Shown here: in pieces, positions 27,493 through 35,689 of the stretch
Layout: each line of letters starts with the position of its first letter
Numbering within the stretch: the stretch's first letter is position 1
Sequence record: MT028491.1
DNA: 64,000 nucleotides
Direction: 5' to 3' (one strand)
Translations under genes and position numbers: made by a program
The notes under the pieces: model-generated
What the model saw: the letters and a program-made list of their open reading frames with translations, nothing else
Databases searched by the model: none
What the model was told of the DNA's origin: nothing

Positions 27493-28581
27493 TTATTCAC
27501 GAATAAAATTAACAATATTTTTGCTAATCCTATCAAATTCTTCATCCATTGAATTTCGAATAAATTGCTTCTTTTCTTCGAAATTCAAACCACGTGGCAC
27601 TTCAACATAACGAATATTAAATTCGTCTAACAAATCTTTCCAGAACTCATAGGATGATTCGCGCTGATCACCACCATACCTTAACTGATCTTGTTCAAAA
27701 GGTATATCATCTGGCATAAGAAAATATCTATCAATTTCATATGACATTTTCTTAGCTGCTTTTAATAGATAAGGATTGGTATTAATGTCAAGGTCCATTA
27801 TTCGATAATACCCAACTGTTGAAAAAAGATCGGTATCATGAATGATGGTATGATATTGATCCATACCAATAACAGCTTTTTGATATCCAGATTGACCAAA
27901 AGATATGTTTTCCATCTTCTCTTTAGTCAATTCAGCCCCTACATGTTCCAGATAACCACGTGCATATTCTGGAACAAACAAGGTGTGTCCTGTTTTATCA
28001 TCATCTGCCAAAGCCTTAGCCATTGTTGTTTTACCAACCGATTCTTGTCCAAAAATGACAAATCTTTGCTGGAAATTTTCCCGAAAATATTGAGACAATT
28101 GCATCCAATTTTCTTTGATGTTTTGTCTGGCAGTTGTCCCTTTAATCGGATTTAGAACGCGATCAATATCATAAGGTACAAATCGACATCCAAATTTATC
28201 GGCAATAATTTGTCCATATGGTTCGGAAGAAATAATTGCCGTATCGGGAACAACATCATTTACCAAACTGACAATTGCATCTGTCCAATATTTCCAAAAC
28301 TTGACATCAGCGCCCGGAGTCGTTTCCAAATCAGGATTTGGATTTTGTGGCGCTTGATCATCCGCATGAGAGATAATTTCCACATTGTTCAAATTCTCAC
28401 GTCTAGCAAAGGATACTAGTGCTTCTGTTCTTTGAATAGAATAAATAGGTTCAAAAGAACGAGAACTAACAATTACATGAACTTTGCCAAATGTTATTGA
28501 AGATGCAAAACGAATTAAATCTTCATGACCGCGAGTCGGCAATAATGCCGTCATAAGTACAACAGAATTAACTATACGCAA
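27493..28581 (-). CDS. nadR: NadR-like NMN adenylyltransferase / ribosylnicotinamide kinase
   Basis: N-terminal cytidylyltransferase-fold MTALLPTRGH; C-terminal P-loop GQESVGKTT with PEYAR, DTDLFST, LRYGGD.RE; next to pnuC; likely TTG start at 28581. Confidence 0.82.
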   Translation of the reverse strand: MRIVNSVVLMTALLPTRGHEDLIRFASSITFGKVHVIVSSRSFEPIYSIQRTEALVSFARRENLNNVEIISHADDQAPQNPNPDLETTPGADVKFWKYWTDAIVSLVNDVVPDTAIISSEPYGQIIADKFGCRFVPYDIDRVLNPIKGTTARQNIKENWMQLSQYFRENFQQRFVIFGQESVGKTTMAKALADDDKTGHTLFVPEYARGYLEHVGAELTKEKMENISFGQSGYQKAVIGMDQYHTIIHDTDLFSTVGYYRIMDLDINTNPYLLKAAKKMSYEIDRYFLMPDDIPFEQDQLRYGGDQRESSYEFWKDLLDEFNIRYVEVPRGLNFEEKKQFIRNSMDEEFDRISKNIVNFIRE

Positions 28582-29224
28582 GATGCTTTCTCCATTGCGA
28601 ATACCCATAGACGGCATTCAAGAGGAATAGGAAGAATTGAATAGCAATTAGGTAGTTGCCTGTTTCAAAATTGACGTAAACAGAAACCACATTAACACCA
28701 ATCCACACGAACCAAGTTTCAATCTTTTTGCGATCTAGAAGGAATTGGGCAAGAATAGTACCAATCATTCCTAGAGAATCTAGAACCGCAAAACTACCAC
28801 CAAAATAACTATTGATTAGCAGTGCACCCAAATATGCAAGAGCCGTGAAAAACATATATTGATATAGGGATTTACCCTTTACATGTTGTACAGGCTTTGT
28901 TTCACTATCTTTGCCCCAAATGAAATAGCCATAGATGACAGTGGGAATGAGATAGAGATTAAGCATCATCGAAGCGTAAAGACCAGATTTCCAAAACACA
29001 TATGAAAGCAATGCCGTTGATAGAACTGCCATAGGGTAATTCCATCTGGTTTGCTTTACGCACATATATGTACATGAGAATGAGGTAAATGTTGCGGCAA
29101 CTTCCCACCAGTTAATTGCAGTCATCCAACCCATATTTTGGGCAAAAACAATAGAAAAACCTGTAAGCAATACTGCCAGTGCGAGCGATTCCAAAAGAAC
29201 CATTAACGAACGTTTATTAATCAA
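28568..29224 (-). CDS. pnuC: nicotinamide riboside transporter PnuC
   Basis: Multi-TM; WNYP, LDS......ILAQFLL.RKKIETW.VWI.VN, NAVYGY.QW. Confidence 0.92.
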   Translation of the reverse strand: MINKRSLMVLLESLALAVLLTGFSIVFAQNMGWMTAINWWEVAATFTSFSCTYMCVKQTRWNYPMAVLSTALLSYVFWKSGLYASMMLNLYLIPTVIYGYFIWGKDSETKPVQHVKGKSLYQYMFFTALAYLGALLINSYFGGSFAVLDSLGMIGTILAQFLLDRKKIETWFVWIGVNVVSVYVNFETGNYLIAIQFFLFLLNAVYGYSQWRKHLAYS

Positions 29225-29422
29225 CTACTCCCCCTTATTCGATGGTTTGGAAGGCGTCATGTCTTTGACTTCAATGCGACGAAAGAAAATCTTGAGTGTA
29301 GGAAGGTCTTTGACGGATTCTTCCCATGCCTCTTTGACCGGCTTATAATTTTCCGAAATCAAAAGAGGTTCTTCATCTGGAAAATGAGCTAGATAGAATT
29401 CGACAATACTTTCCATATCCAT
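29225..29422 (-). CDS. hypothetical protein
   Basis: First gene after the promoter cassette. Confidence 0.5.
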   Translation of the reverse strand: MDMESIVEFYLAHFPDEEPLLISENYKPVKEAWEESVKDLPTLKIFFRRIEVKDMTPSKPSNKGE

Positions 29423-29455
29423 AAACCCTTACTGGTTTGTTGACTTGATGACTAA

Positions 29456-29516
29456 CTTTTAGATTAAACTAATTCCTATGTCAACACCTAAAAACAAAAA
29501 AGAGGCCGAAGCCTCT
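29456..29516 (-). promoter_or_regulatory. terminator-plus-early-promoter cassette, copy 2
   Basis: AGAGGC-TTCG-GCCTCT-TTTTTGTTTTTAGGTG-TTGACA-17nt-TAAAAG; shares about 30 nt with 7311-7340. Confidence 0.72.
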
Positions 29517-29947
29517 TAAATATTTTTAAAATCTCTTTTCTCTTGCCATGGTGTTTCATTATGAATTTCTTCTGCAACACCACCAAATCGACTTTCAAAC
29601 TCTTCACTCATTTGATGTCGTCTATTCACATCAATAGGAATACCAAGCCGCTCACATTCTGCCCTACTGAGAACACGAACATCATAATTAATATCTCTAT
29701 GACGAAGTTTGTATTCGCCAAACAAAATCTTGTCTTCTGAATATCCTAGGCCTGTTTCAATATAATAATGTCTGACAACAATCATATCATTAAAAGGATA
29801 GGTTTCGCCTGTAGGAAAGGTAAACTTCTTTCTACCGTTGGCGTTAGATAGCTCTTGTTCCAGCTTCTTTTTTTCAGCTAATAGCTTATTAATTTTTGCT
29901 TCATTTTCTGCAATCTTCTTTTCAATTGCAGTTACGGCTTTACTCAT
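29516..29947 (-). CDS. hypothetical protein with N-terminal coiled coil
   Basis: Heptad-like N-terminus. Confidence 0.55.
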   Translation of the reverse strand: MSKAVTAIEKKIAENEAKINKLLAEKKKLEQELSNANGRKKFTFPTGETYPFNDMIVVRHYYIETGLGYSEDKILFGEYKLRHRDINYDVRVLSRAECERLGIPIDVNRRHQMSEEFESRFGGVAEEIHNETPWQEKRDFKNI

Positions 29948-30162
29948 TTTTTAGGTCTTCCCCTCTTTCGGACAAGAGACAATTTTCCCTCATCTTCCAT
30001 CTTGTTCATAATTTCTTCTGGACACCACATTTCTTGATTGTCTTTCTCACGTACACAAAGCCATTCGATTCGGCCTTTCATACGTTTGTTCTTTCTGGTT
30101 GCTTTGATCAAATAGACAGTACCATTTGCATCTTTGATTTTTTCAGAAATCGCCAGAATCAT
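29944..30162 (-). CDS. hypothetical basic protein
   Basis: Ends in the AT-hook-like KRGRPKK. Confidence 0.55.
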   Translation of the reverse strand: MILAISEKIKDANGTVYLIKATRKNKRMKGRIEWLCVREKDNQEMWCPEEIMNKMEDEGKLSLVRKRGRPKK

Positions 30163-30355
30163 TGTTGATATCCTCTATCAGTCTGTCAAATTCGTTCTCA
30201 CGCATAATTCTACAAACTTTATGACAAGCATAAATTTGTTCCTTGCAATGGTTACTAGGTTTAGATGAACGATTGAGTATATCACGAACTTTACGAAAAT
30301 GATTTAATACCTGTCTGGCTTCATCTAATGAACCAGCTTCTACTATGATATCCAT
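30143..30355 (-). CDS. hypothetical protein
   Basis: Overlapping operon ORF. Confidence 0.5.
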   Translation of the reverse strand: MDIIVEAGSLDEARQVLNHFRKVRDILNRSSKPSNHCKEQIYACHKVCRIMRENEFDRLIEDINNDSGDF

Positions 30356-30558
30356 TTTTCTCTAATAACTTTCATCGCAACAGTGGAACTATTGCCCACG
30401 TATCCAGATTCATGTTTTGGTGGATATAAGGCATATTTAATTCTATTCACCTTACCGTACATAGACAGTGCTTTTTTATGATATATGGATGTATATGGAT
30501 ATCGTACAAAGATGATTTCCAAATGATTCAATAGATCATCAATTTCTTGTTCTGTCAT
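30343..30558 (-). CDS. hypothetical protein
   Basis: Overlapping operon ORF. Confidence 0.5.
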   Translation of the reverse strand: MTEQEIDDLLNHLEIIFVRYPYTSIYHKKALSMYGKVNRIKYALYPPKHESGYVGNSSTVAMKVIREKWIS

Positions 30559-30872
30559 TAAGTAATCACTGACATTTCAACCTTGACAATGACACCATTT
30601 GTTACATTTTTGACATGCTTTCTAGCGTTATCAAGATTATAAAAATGATCGATAGGGTGATGAATGCCGCAATGATCAACAGAGTTGACAGCATATAACG
30701 GTCGTTTGTTCATTTCATCATGTGCCGCCACAAGCTGTTCTGGATTATTAGTTGACAGGTTTTCATAGACTTCTGCGAGTCTGTCTCTTAGTTCTTGAGG
30801 ATATGACTCTAGATCGGCTCTTAGGTCTTCCATCTGTTTAATAATGGATTTGTATTCTTCAATTAGAGTCAA
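30558..30872 (-). CDS. hypothetical protein
   Basis: Overlapping operon ORF. Confidence 0.5.
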   Translation of the reverse strand: MTLIEEYKSIIKQMEDLRADLESYPQELRDRLAEVYENLSTNNPEQLVAAHDEMNKRPLYAVNSVDHCGIHHPIDHFYNLDNARKHVKNVTNGVIVKVEMSVIT

Positions 30873-31203
30873 TATGCACTTCCTTCATCGTCACACAGAA
30901 TACCTTGTTGTTGGGATTTTTATCAGCTTTGATATATTCCAAAGCGTTCTTTTTGGAAAAGAAACGTTGACCAACCATCATAGCCCAATGTCGGTTCTCA
31001 CCAATAACATAAATTTTTCTTGAAAAGAAATCTCCAATGTATTGACGATCTTCAAAAGAACAATTCGTTATAAGATCGTCAAAAATTTTTTCAAGTTCAT
31101 TGATTTTTGAAAACAAATTTCTATCAGCCAAATAAGCAATATCAAGCTTTTCAATTTGATTCTTGATCTTCTTAATTTTTTTAATTCGTTGTTCAAGTTC
31201 CAT
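30859..31203 (-). CDS. hypothetical protein
   Basis: SD GGAG; layout similar to 30558-30872 (helical N-terminus, F.....NA..Y). Confidence 0.5.
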   Translation of the reverse strand: MELEQRIKKIKKIKNQIEKLDIAYLADRNLFSKINELEKIFDDLITNCSFEDRQYIGDFFSRKIYVIGENRHWAMMVGQRFFSKKNALEYIKADKNPNNKVFCVTMKEVHIDSN

Positions 31204-31265
31204 ATCAATATCTCCATAACAAATAAAACACCATTAGCCTAACATATCGTTTATTAAAAAGCAAT

Positions 31266-31290
31266 AAAAAAGAGGGACCGAAGCCCCTCT
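31266..31290 (-). terminator. intrinsic terminator after NAMPT
   Basis: AGAGGGGC-TTCG-GTCCCTCT-TTTTT. Confidence 0.85.
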
Positions 31291-31298
31291 TTTAATCT

Positions 31299-32723
31299 TT
31301 ATACGTTTGCACGTTCCCTGATAAGCTTGAAGTTATCATCAACGATAAGTTTACCATTGACATAAACATCACGCATCAGTGGGTATCTATCGCGGAATAT
31401 CGAACCCTTTTTGTACTCTTCTTCCGGCAACGAAACGACTTTGCCAGCAATCATATACGTCTCATGGCGACCAAGCTTAGAAGCTTTACCATGATCGGTA
31501 GCAGGGTTTTTGTTAACACCGCGAATTTCACCATTGACAACAATTTCGCAAGCCTTTTGAGCAAACTTCAAAGTGTCTCTGGTCATCCCCTGTAGGAGAT
31601 ATCCACCGCAACCAAAAACAACATTTTCCGAAGAAATTTGATTGTCCTTGAGAACGTTCAAGATTTCATCGATAGTTGTTTCGGTAATGCCGTCGCCCTG
31701 AATAACACGAACACAATCAGGAAGAACCTTGTAACCCTTGGAATTGATACGGAAGCCGAAGCTATCCATAAGCATTTCAATAGTCTTGAGAACGATTTCC
31801 TTTGGTTCGCCCGAATCTGGACGTACCACCAAACGACCGCCCGACTTTTCGATACGGTCTTTGAACTTATCGCCCCAAAGGTCTTTGACGGCGCGGAATA
31901 GATCATACGAATCACTTACAACCGAAACAATCGAACCTTTCTTAAGAAACTGATCAAGCATATTTTCATAAGCAGCCGTTTCATCTTCGAAAGTTGAACC
32001 CCAACTGGTAATCGTGCTATGTTCCGCTGCCGGTACACTGTACGACAAACCATCCTTATCAGCATTGTAATAGCGCATAGCACCAATCATTCCTTCAAGG
32101 GTATCAGAACCCATGAAATTGACCAGATGTGCCATGCCACCTAAAACGGCTTGTTCGGAACAAGTTGCACCACGACCGCCGAAGTCATGAAGAGAGAACG
32201 AAAGGTCTTCGTTTTCCGCCGTTTCTTCTGCGAACTTTCTCAAGACTCCCTTGATAGTAAAAGAACGGGTTGCAACTGTCGTTGGATACCAAATACCGCG
32301 CAACAGATTTGTTTCGAGATATTGAGGCAACCAACTAAAGCGAGGATCGGTATTTTCAATTGTCGCCAAGACAATACGAGGCCCAACAACCATACCTTCC
32401 GGTATTGCTCGAATCTTAACTGGAATGAAACCCTTATGCTCACGCAAAATGGTTTCCCAATCGCCACGATTGAACACATCACCATGGGCAGTTGTCAGAA
32501 CTTCCATTTCATCGATATCCTGCATAGTAATTGGCTTAAGAAGATTTTCCTTAACCCATGCCTGTAGACCGAAGAATACTAGACGATCATAAAGACCACC
32601 ACGCGATTCGATATATGAGACAACCTTACTAATACCATCTGGATATTGAAGGAAATGGCCTGTCTTGTAACTATCAGCTTTGTTGATAGTTGATGTAGTT
32701 GTGATTTTAGTAATTGCATTCAT
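31299..32723 (-). CDS. nadV: nicotinamide phosphoribosyltransferase (NAMPT)
   Basis: KADSYK.GH, HDFGGRG, GSDT, PAAEHS, VVSDSYD, RPDSG, QGDG, FGCGG. Confidence 0.97.
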   Translation of the reverse strand: MNAITKITTTSTINKADSYKTGHFLQYPDGISKVVSYIESRGGLYDRLVFFGLQAWVKENLLKPITMQDIDEMEVLTTAHGDVFNRGDWETILREHKGFIPVKIRAIPEGMVVGPRIVLATIENTDPRFSWLPQYLETNLLRGIWYPTTVATRSFTIKGVLRKFAEETAENEDLSFSLHDFGGRGATCSEQAVLGGMAHLVNFMGSDTLEGMIGAMRYYNADKDGLSYSVPAAEHSTITSWGSTFEDETAAYENMLDQFLKKGSIVSVVSDSYDLFRAVKDLWGDKFKDRIEKSGGRLVVRPDSGEPKEIVLKTIEMLMDSFGFRINSKGYKVLPDCVRVIQGDGITETTIDEILNVLKDNQISSENVVFGCGGYLLQGMTRDTLKFAQKACEIVVNGEIRGVNKNPATDHGKASKLGRHETYMIAGKVVSLPEEEYKKGSIFRDRYPLMRDVYVNGKLIVDDNFKLIRERANV

Positions 32724-32800
32724 TTCTAAGACTCCCTTAGATATTTTAAAAATTACAACTTAAGCAAACCCCTTGCTTAAGAGGATTTGGGTTTTCACCC
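32721..32800 (-). promoter_or_regulatory. structured 5' leader of nadV (tandem GGRGU-loop hairpins)
   Basis: ATCCT-CTTAAGCAA-GGGGT-TTGCTTAAG...TCTAAG-GGAGT-CTTAGA-AATG; the same design recurs at 34768-34826. Confidence 0.7.
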
Positions 32801-32808
32801 GAATTCTT

Positions 32809-33054
32809 TTACCATTTTATGGTTAGATGATATTTCAAAAGAGTATCATTATCTACAGATACTTTAAATCCATACCTTTCAAGAGTGTCAACAATGACAT
32901 CTTTACATTCATAGGATTTACTAGGATAGACGAAAATTAAGTCTAAGCTGTTTAGACCATTTTTGGCCTTTGTCTCAATACTTTCTGAAATTTCTTCCAT
33001 GACTTCATCAATGGCAATTACAGACAATTCTAATGCATCTTTAGCCGTTATCAT
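32809..33054 (-). CDS. hypothetical protein
   Basis: MITAKDA... short alpha/beta phage type; similar layout to 33265-33582. Confidence 0.5.
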   Translation of the reverse strand: MITAKDALELSVIAIDEVMEEISESIETKAKNGLNSLDLIFVYPSKSYECKDVIVDTLERYGFKVSVDNDTLLKYHLTIKW

Positions 33055-33274
33055 TATCTTCTTTCCACTTAGTCCACTGTGTAGACCAAGACAAATTTAT
33101 AAACCATAAACCAAACAATTTATGTGGACCATCATACCAATTTTGACGATATCCCCAAAAACGTTCTTCTTTAGGAAGCCAATTCCAATATGAGAAATAG
33201 TACCAATCTGATTTAGGCCCACCCCATTCGAAAAATGCACCGTTTTTAACTATTCTGTGTTTTATCATGACCAA
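33041..33274 (-). CDS. hypothetical Trp-rich protein
   Basis: WGY.Q.WYDGP...FGLWF motif. Confidence 0.5.
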   Translation of the reverse strand: MVMIKHRIVKNGAFFEWGGPKSDWYYFSYWNWLPKEERFWGYRQNWYDGPHKLFGLWFINLSWSTQWTKWKEDNDNG

Positions 33275-33582
33275 TCTATATCTAATATATATGCTACCCT
33301 GTAAACATTAGATGTCCCATTTAAATCAAACGTGATATAATGTCCCCTGATATCAAGATCGGTCTTATAACCATCCTGAATTAGAAGTTCTTCCAAATAT
33401 TCAACATGTTCCAAACACACATTAAAAATATGGTTGGGTGCAAAATCATTCGTATTGATCAAGATTGAAGTTTTATTGGACAATGCAGCCGCTTCAATCA
33501 ATGGCTCAAGAGCCTTGATAGCCTTTTGACAGGCAATGTATTTACGATCTTCCATAATTGCTTTTGCATGAGCGGCTAACAT
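33265..33582 (-). CDS. hypothetical protein
   Basis: SD GGAG; first gene after the promoter. Confidence 0.5.
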   Translation of the reverse strand: MLAAHAKAIMEDRKYIACQKAIKALEPLIEAAALSNKTSILINTNDFAPNHIFNVCLEHVEYLEELLIQDGYKTDLDIRGHYITFDLNGTSNVYRVAYILDIDWS

Positions 33583-33609
33583 ATTTTCTCCATATTAAAA
33601 TGTTGACTA

Positions 33610-33638
33610 AGATTATAGTATCCTAGCCAACATGTCAA
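33610..33638 (-). promoter_or_regulatory. sigma70-type promoter of the nadV operon
   Basis: TTGACA-17nt-TAATCT (TATAAT at 15 nt). Confidence 0.6.
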
Positions 33639-33654
33639 CAACTATTTAAATTAA

Positions 33655-34770
33655 TCAGATGTTTAGCATCTTCTTAATCATGAAATAATGATCATCGTAG
33701 AATTCAAGCTTATGGATGTCAGAGACATGAACCCACTTGGCAAAAGCCGCATCGTCATCACCCTTGACATGGAAAAGCTTTCCCGTATCTGGTAGATCAT
33801 ACTTGAATACGGTTGTAATCACGCGACCACGCAAAGAACGACCCGGATAATCATTTGTCCATGTTGCACGTTCATCAATGAAGCTTTCGAGAATTTTTGC
33901 AGGAATTTTACCCTTGTGATCGCTCACTAGAGTTTCTTCGCGCAGTTCACGAATTGCAGCATCCTTGAATGTTTCCAGTTGTTCAATATGTCCACCGGGC
34001 AAAGCCCATTGACCAATACCAGAATCCTTACCACGCTGGATAAGAAGGATATGGCCAGATTGGACAACCAGATTATCCACACAATGAATTGTTGGTGGAT
34101 ATGGTGCACTTTCCCATGCCTTTTTATAGTCACGGTAGAACTCATATTCTCGCTTCAACCATTTGAAATGATCTGGATTCATTTCCTGCATATATGAAAG
34201 AATTTTCAGAACCGATTCAGGAACAAATTTTTCATCCCAAACACCAGTTTCATAAAAATTATCACGCAAATAAGTTGCGTCGATAGGCTTACCATTACCA
34301 TTTGGTTTTGGATCAACCAAGATAGGCGGAATCCATTCTGGAAACATTTTGATATAGGCTTCTGTAGCCTTATCCTTTGCACAGCCAACGATAGCAATTT
34401 GATTGAATTCGGCTTCAAGGTCAATATCTGGATCGATAAAACCGTTTCCACGTTCCAGCATATGTGTAACAGCTTCATGAACAGCATCACGAATATTTTT
34501 CGTCCATACCGTATCATTATACCAATCATCATCAGCCGTGGTTACAGTGAAATGATTTCGATTCCAACCGGCTTCCATAAGCGCATTATCAACCATAGAT
34601 GTACGCCAATTGGCAGGAAATGGATTCTTTGGAGAACGCGACACATTGGCAGAGCCGACAACCACAATGAGATTTTCACAGTGTTTCTTGGCTTCTGTAA
34701 CCACATGCATGTGACCAGTGTGGAATGGATGAAAGCGACCAATATAGACGCCATACTTTACTTTAGACAT
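33655..34770 (-). CDS. nadM: bifunctional NMN adenylyltransferase / Nudix ADP-ribose pyrophosphatase (NadM-Nudix)
   Basis: YIGRFHPFHTGH, GSAN..RSPKNPF, Nudix box GGHIE.LETFKDAAIRELREET, GDDDAA.A.W, DH..MI. Confidence 0.95.
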   Translation of the reverse strand: MSKVKYGVYIGRFHPFHTGHMHVVTEAKKHCENLIVVVGSANVSRSPKNPFPANWRTSMVDNALMEAGWNRNHFTVTTADDDWYNDTVWTKNIRDAVHEAVTHMLERGNGFIDPDIDLEAEFNQIAIVGCAKDKATEAYIKMFPEWIPPILVDPKPNGNGKPIDATYLRDNFYETGVWDEKFVPESVLKILSYMQEMNPDHFKWLKREYEFYRDYKKAWESAPYPPTIHCVDNLVVQSGHILLIQRGKDSGIGQWALPGGHIEQLETFKDAAIRELREETLVSDHKGKIPAKILESFIDERATWTNDYPGRSLRGRVITTVFKYDLPDTGKLFHVKGDDDAAFAKWVHVSDIHKLEFYDDHYFMIKKMLNI

Positions 34771-34826
34771 TTTCTAAGACTCCCTTAGACATTTAATAAC
34801 ACGACAAACCCCTTGTCGCTTAGGAT
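34768..34826 (-). promoter_or_regulatory. structured 5' leader of nadM-Nudix (tandem GGRGU-loop hairpins)
   Basis: ATCCT-AAG-CGACAA-GGGGT-TTGTCG...TCTAAG-GGAGT-CTTAGA-AAATG. Confidence 0.7.
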
Positions 34827-34831
34827 AGACC

Positions 34832-35083
34832 TTATTCCTCTAGCAATTCAAAACGGAATTGTAAAGTCTTATTGTCCATTTTACATAAAAGTTCACAATA
34901 GACAAACAAAACACCTAGAGAAACAAGTTCCAATCTATAATTCGAAATGGCAGAAATAGCCGCTTGGTTAATACCTGTAGCATTGGAAATTTCTGTACCA
35001 TTTATATTTAGCTTGGCACGAATAGCATTTCCCTTTTCAGCAAGCTTAAACTTAATTCTGTCAATTTCGATATGTGATGTCAT
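34832..35083 (-). CDS. possible XRE-type helix-turn-helix protein
   Basis: INGTEISNATGINQAAISAISN resembles an HTH. Confidence 0.5.
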   Translation of the reverse strand: MTSHIEIDRIKFKLAEKGNAIRAKLNINGTEISNATGINQAAISAISNYRLELVSLGVLFVYCELLCKMDNKTLQFRFELLEE

Positions 35084-35319
35084 TCCTGATCCTGAATATG
35101 AACAGAAAAGATTTCGATAGAATCGATAATCAACTCACCATTCTGAAAAATGATGTAGAAACGTTCCTGCCCACCAAATGCATGAGGAACGTACTTGGCT
35201 TCTACGACATCCTTATAAACGGAAGCTTTTCTACCCCTGTAATAGACTGTAACAGTCTTTAGGGTCTTATCGCTTAGAATTTCATTTTCAAGTTCTGTCG
35301 TATCAATTACGTCTGGCAT
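35080..35319 (-). CDS. hypothetical protein
   Basis: Operon ORF. Confidence 0.5.
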   Translation of the reverse strand: MPDVIDTTELENEILSDKTLKTVTVYYRGRKASVYKDVVEAKYVPHAFGGQERFYIIFQNGELIIDSIEIFSVHIQDQE

Positions 35320-35329
35320 TCCAAATTCC

Positions 35330-35689
35330 TTAATAATATTTTTTCACGTTATAGTCACGTGCAACATCGAAATAGTTTTCTGGAACAGCTTCATTATAAG
35401 AGACAAACATTGCCGTATCAAATTCAACACCAGAATCAACAAAATACATTCTTTTGAATGTAACCCTGAATCCGCGATCCCTGAATATTCTTGTCAATGC
35501 CATCATTTCAGCATCACTAGGAAGCTTGCCCAAAACATGTTCATAGACAAGATTTCCATCTTTTGATGCATTAAGCACTTTACGTTCCATCTTATCAACA
35601 AACTTCTCGATGTTGCGTTGATATATTTCTTTTCGCTTTTCTGGTGTAAGAGGTTGTTTTTTAAACAATGTCTTCAACTTCGCAAACAT
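35330..35689 (-). CDS. hypothetical protein
   Basis: Operon ORF. Confidence 0.5.
   Translation of the reverse strand: MFAKLKTLFKKQPLTPEKRKEIYQRNIEKFVDKMERKVLNASKDGNLVYEHVLGKLPSDAEMMALTRIFRDRGFRVTFKRMYFVDSGVEFDTAMFVSYNEAVPENYFDVARDYNVKKYY

Noticed and set aside
29418-29445. AAACC-AGTAAG-GGTTT hairpin over the RBS at the head of the pnuC operon, as a third NAD-leader copy
   Set aside because: Lacks the GGRGU pentaloop, the tandem arrangement and ATCCT
33601-33640. TGTTGAC...GTCAACA inverted repeat as an operator
   Set aside because: One arm is simply the -35 box; a single occurrence with this spacing is not enough support
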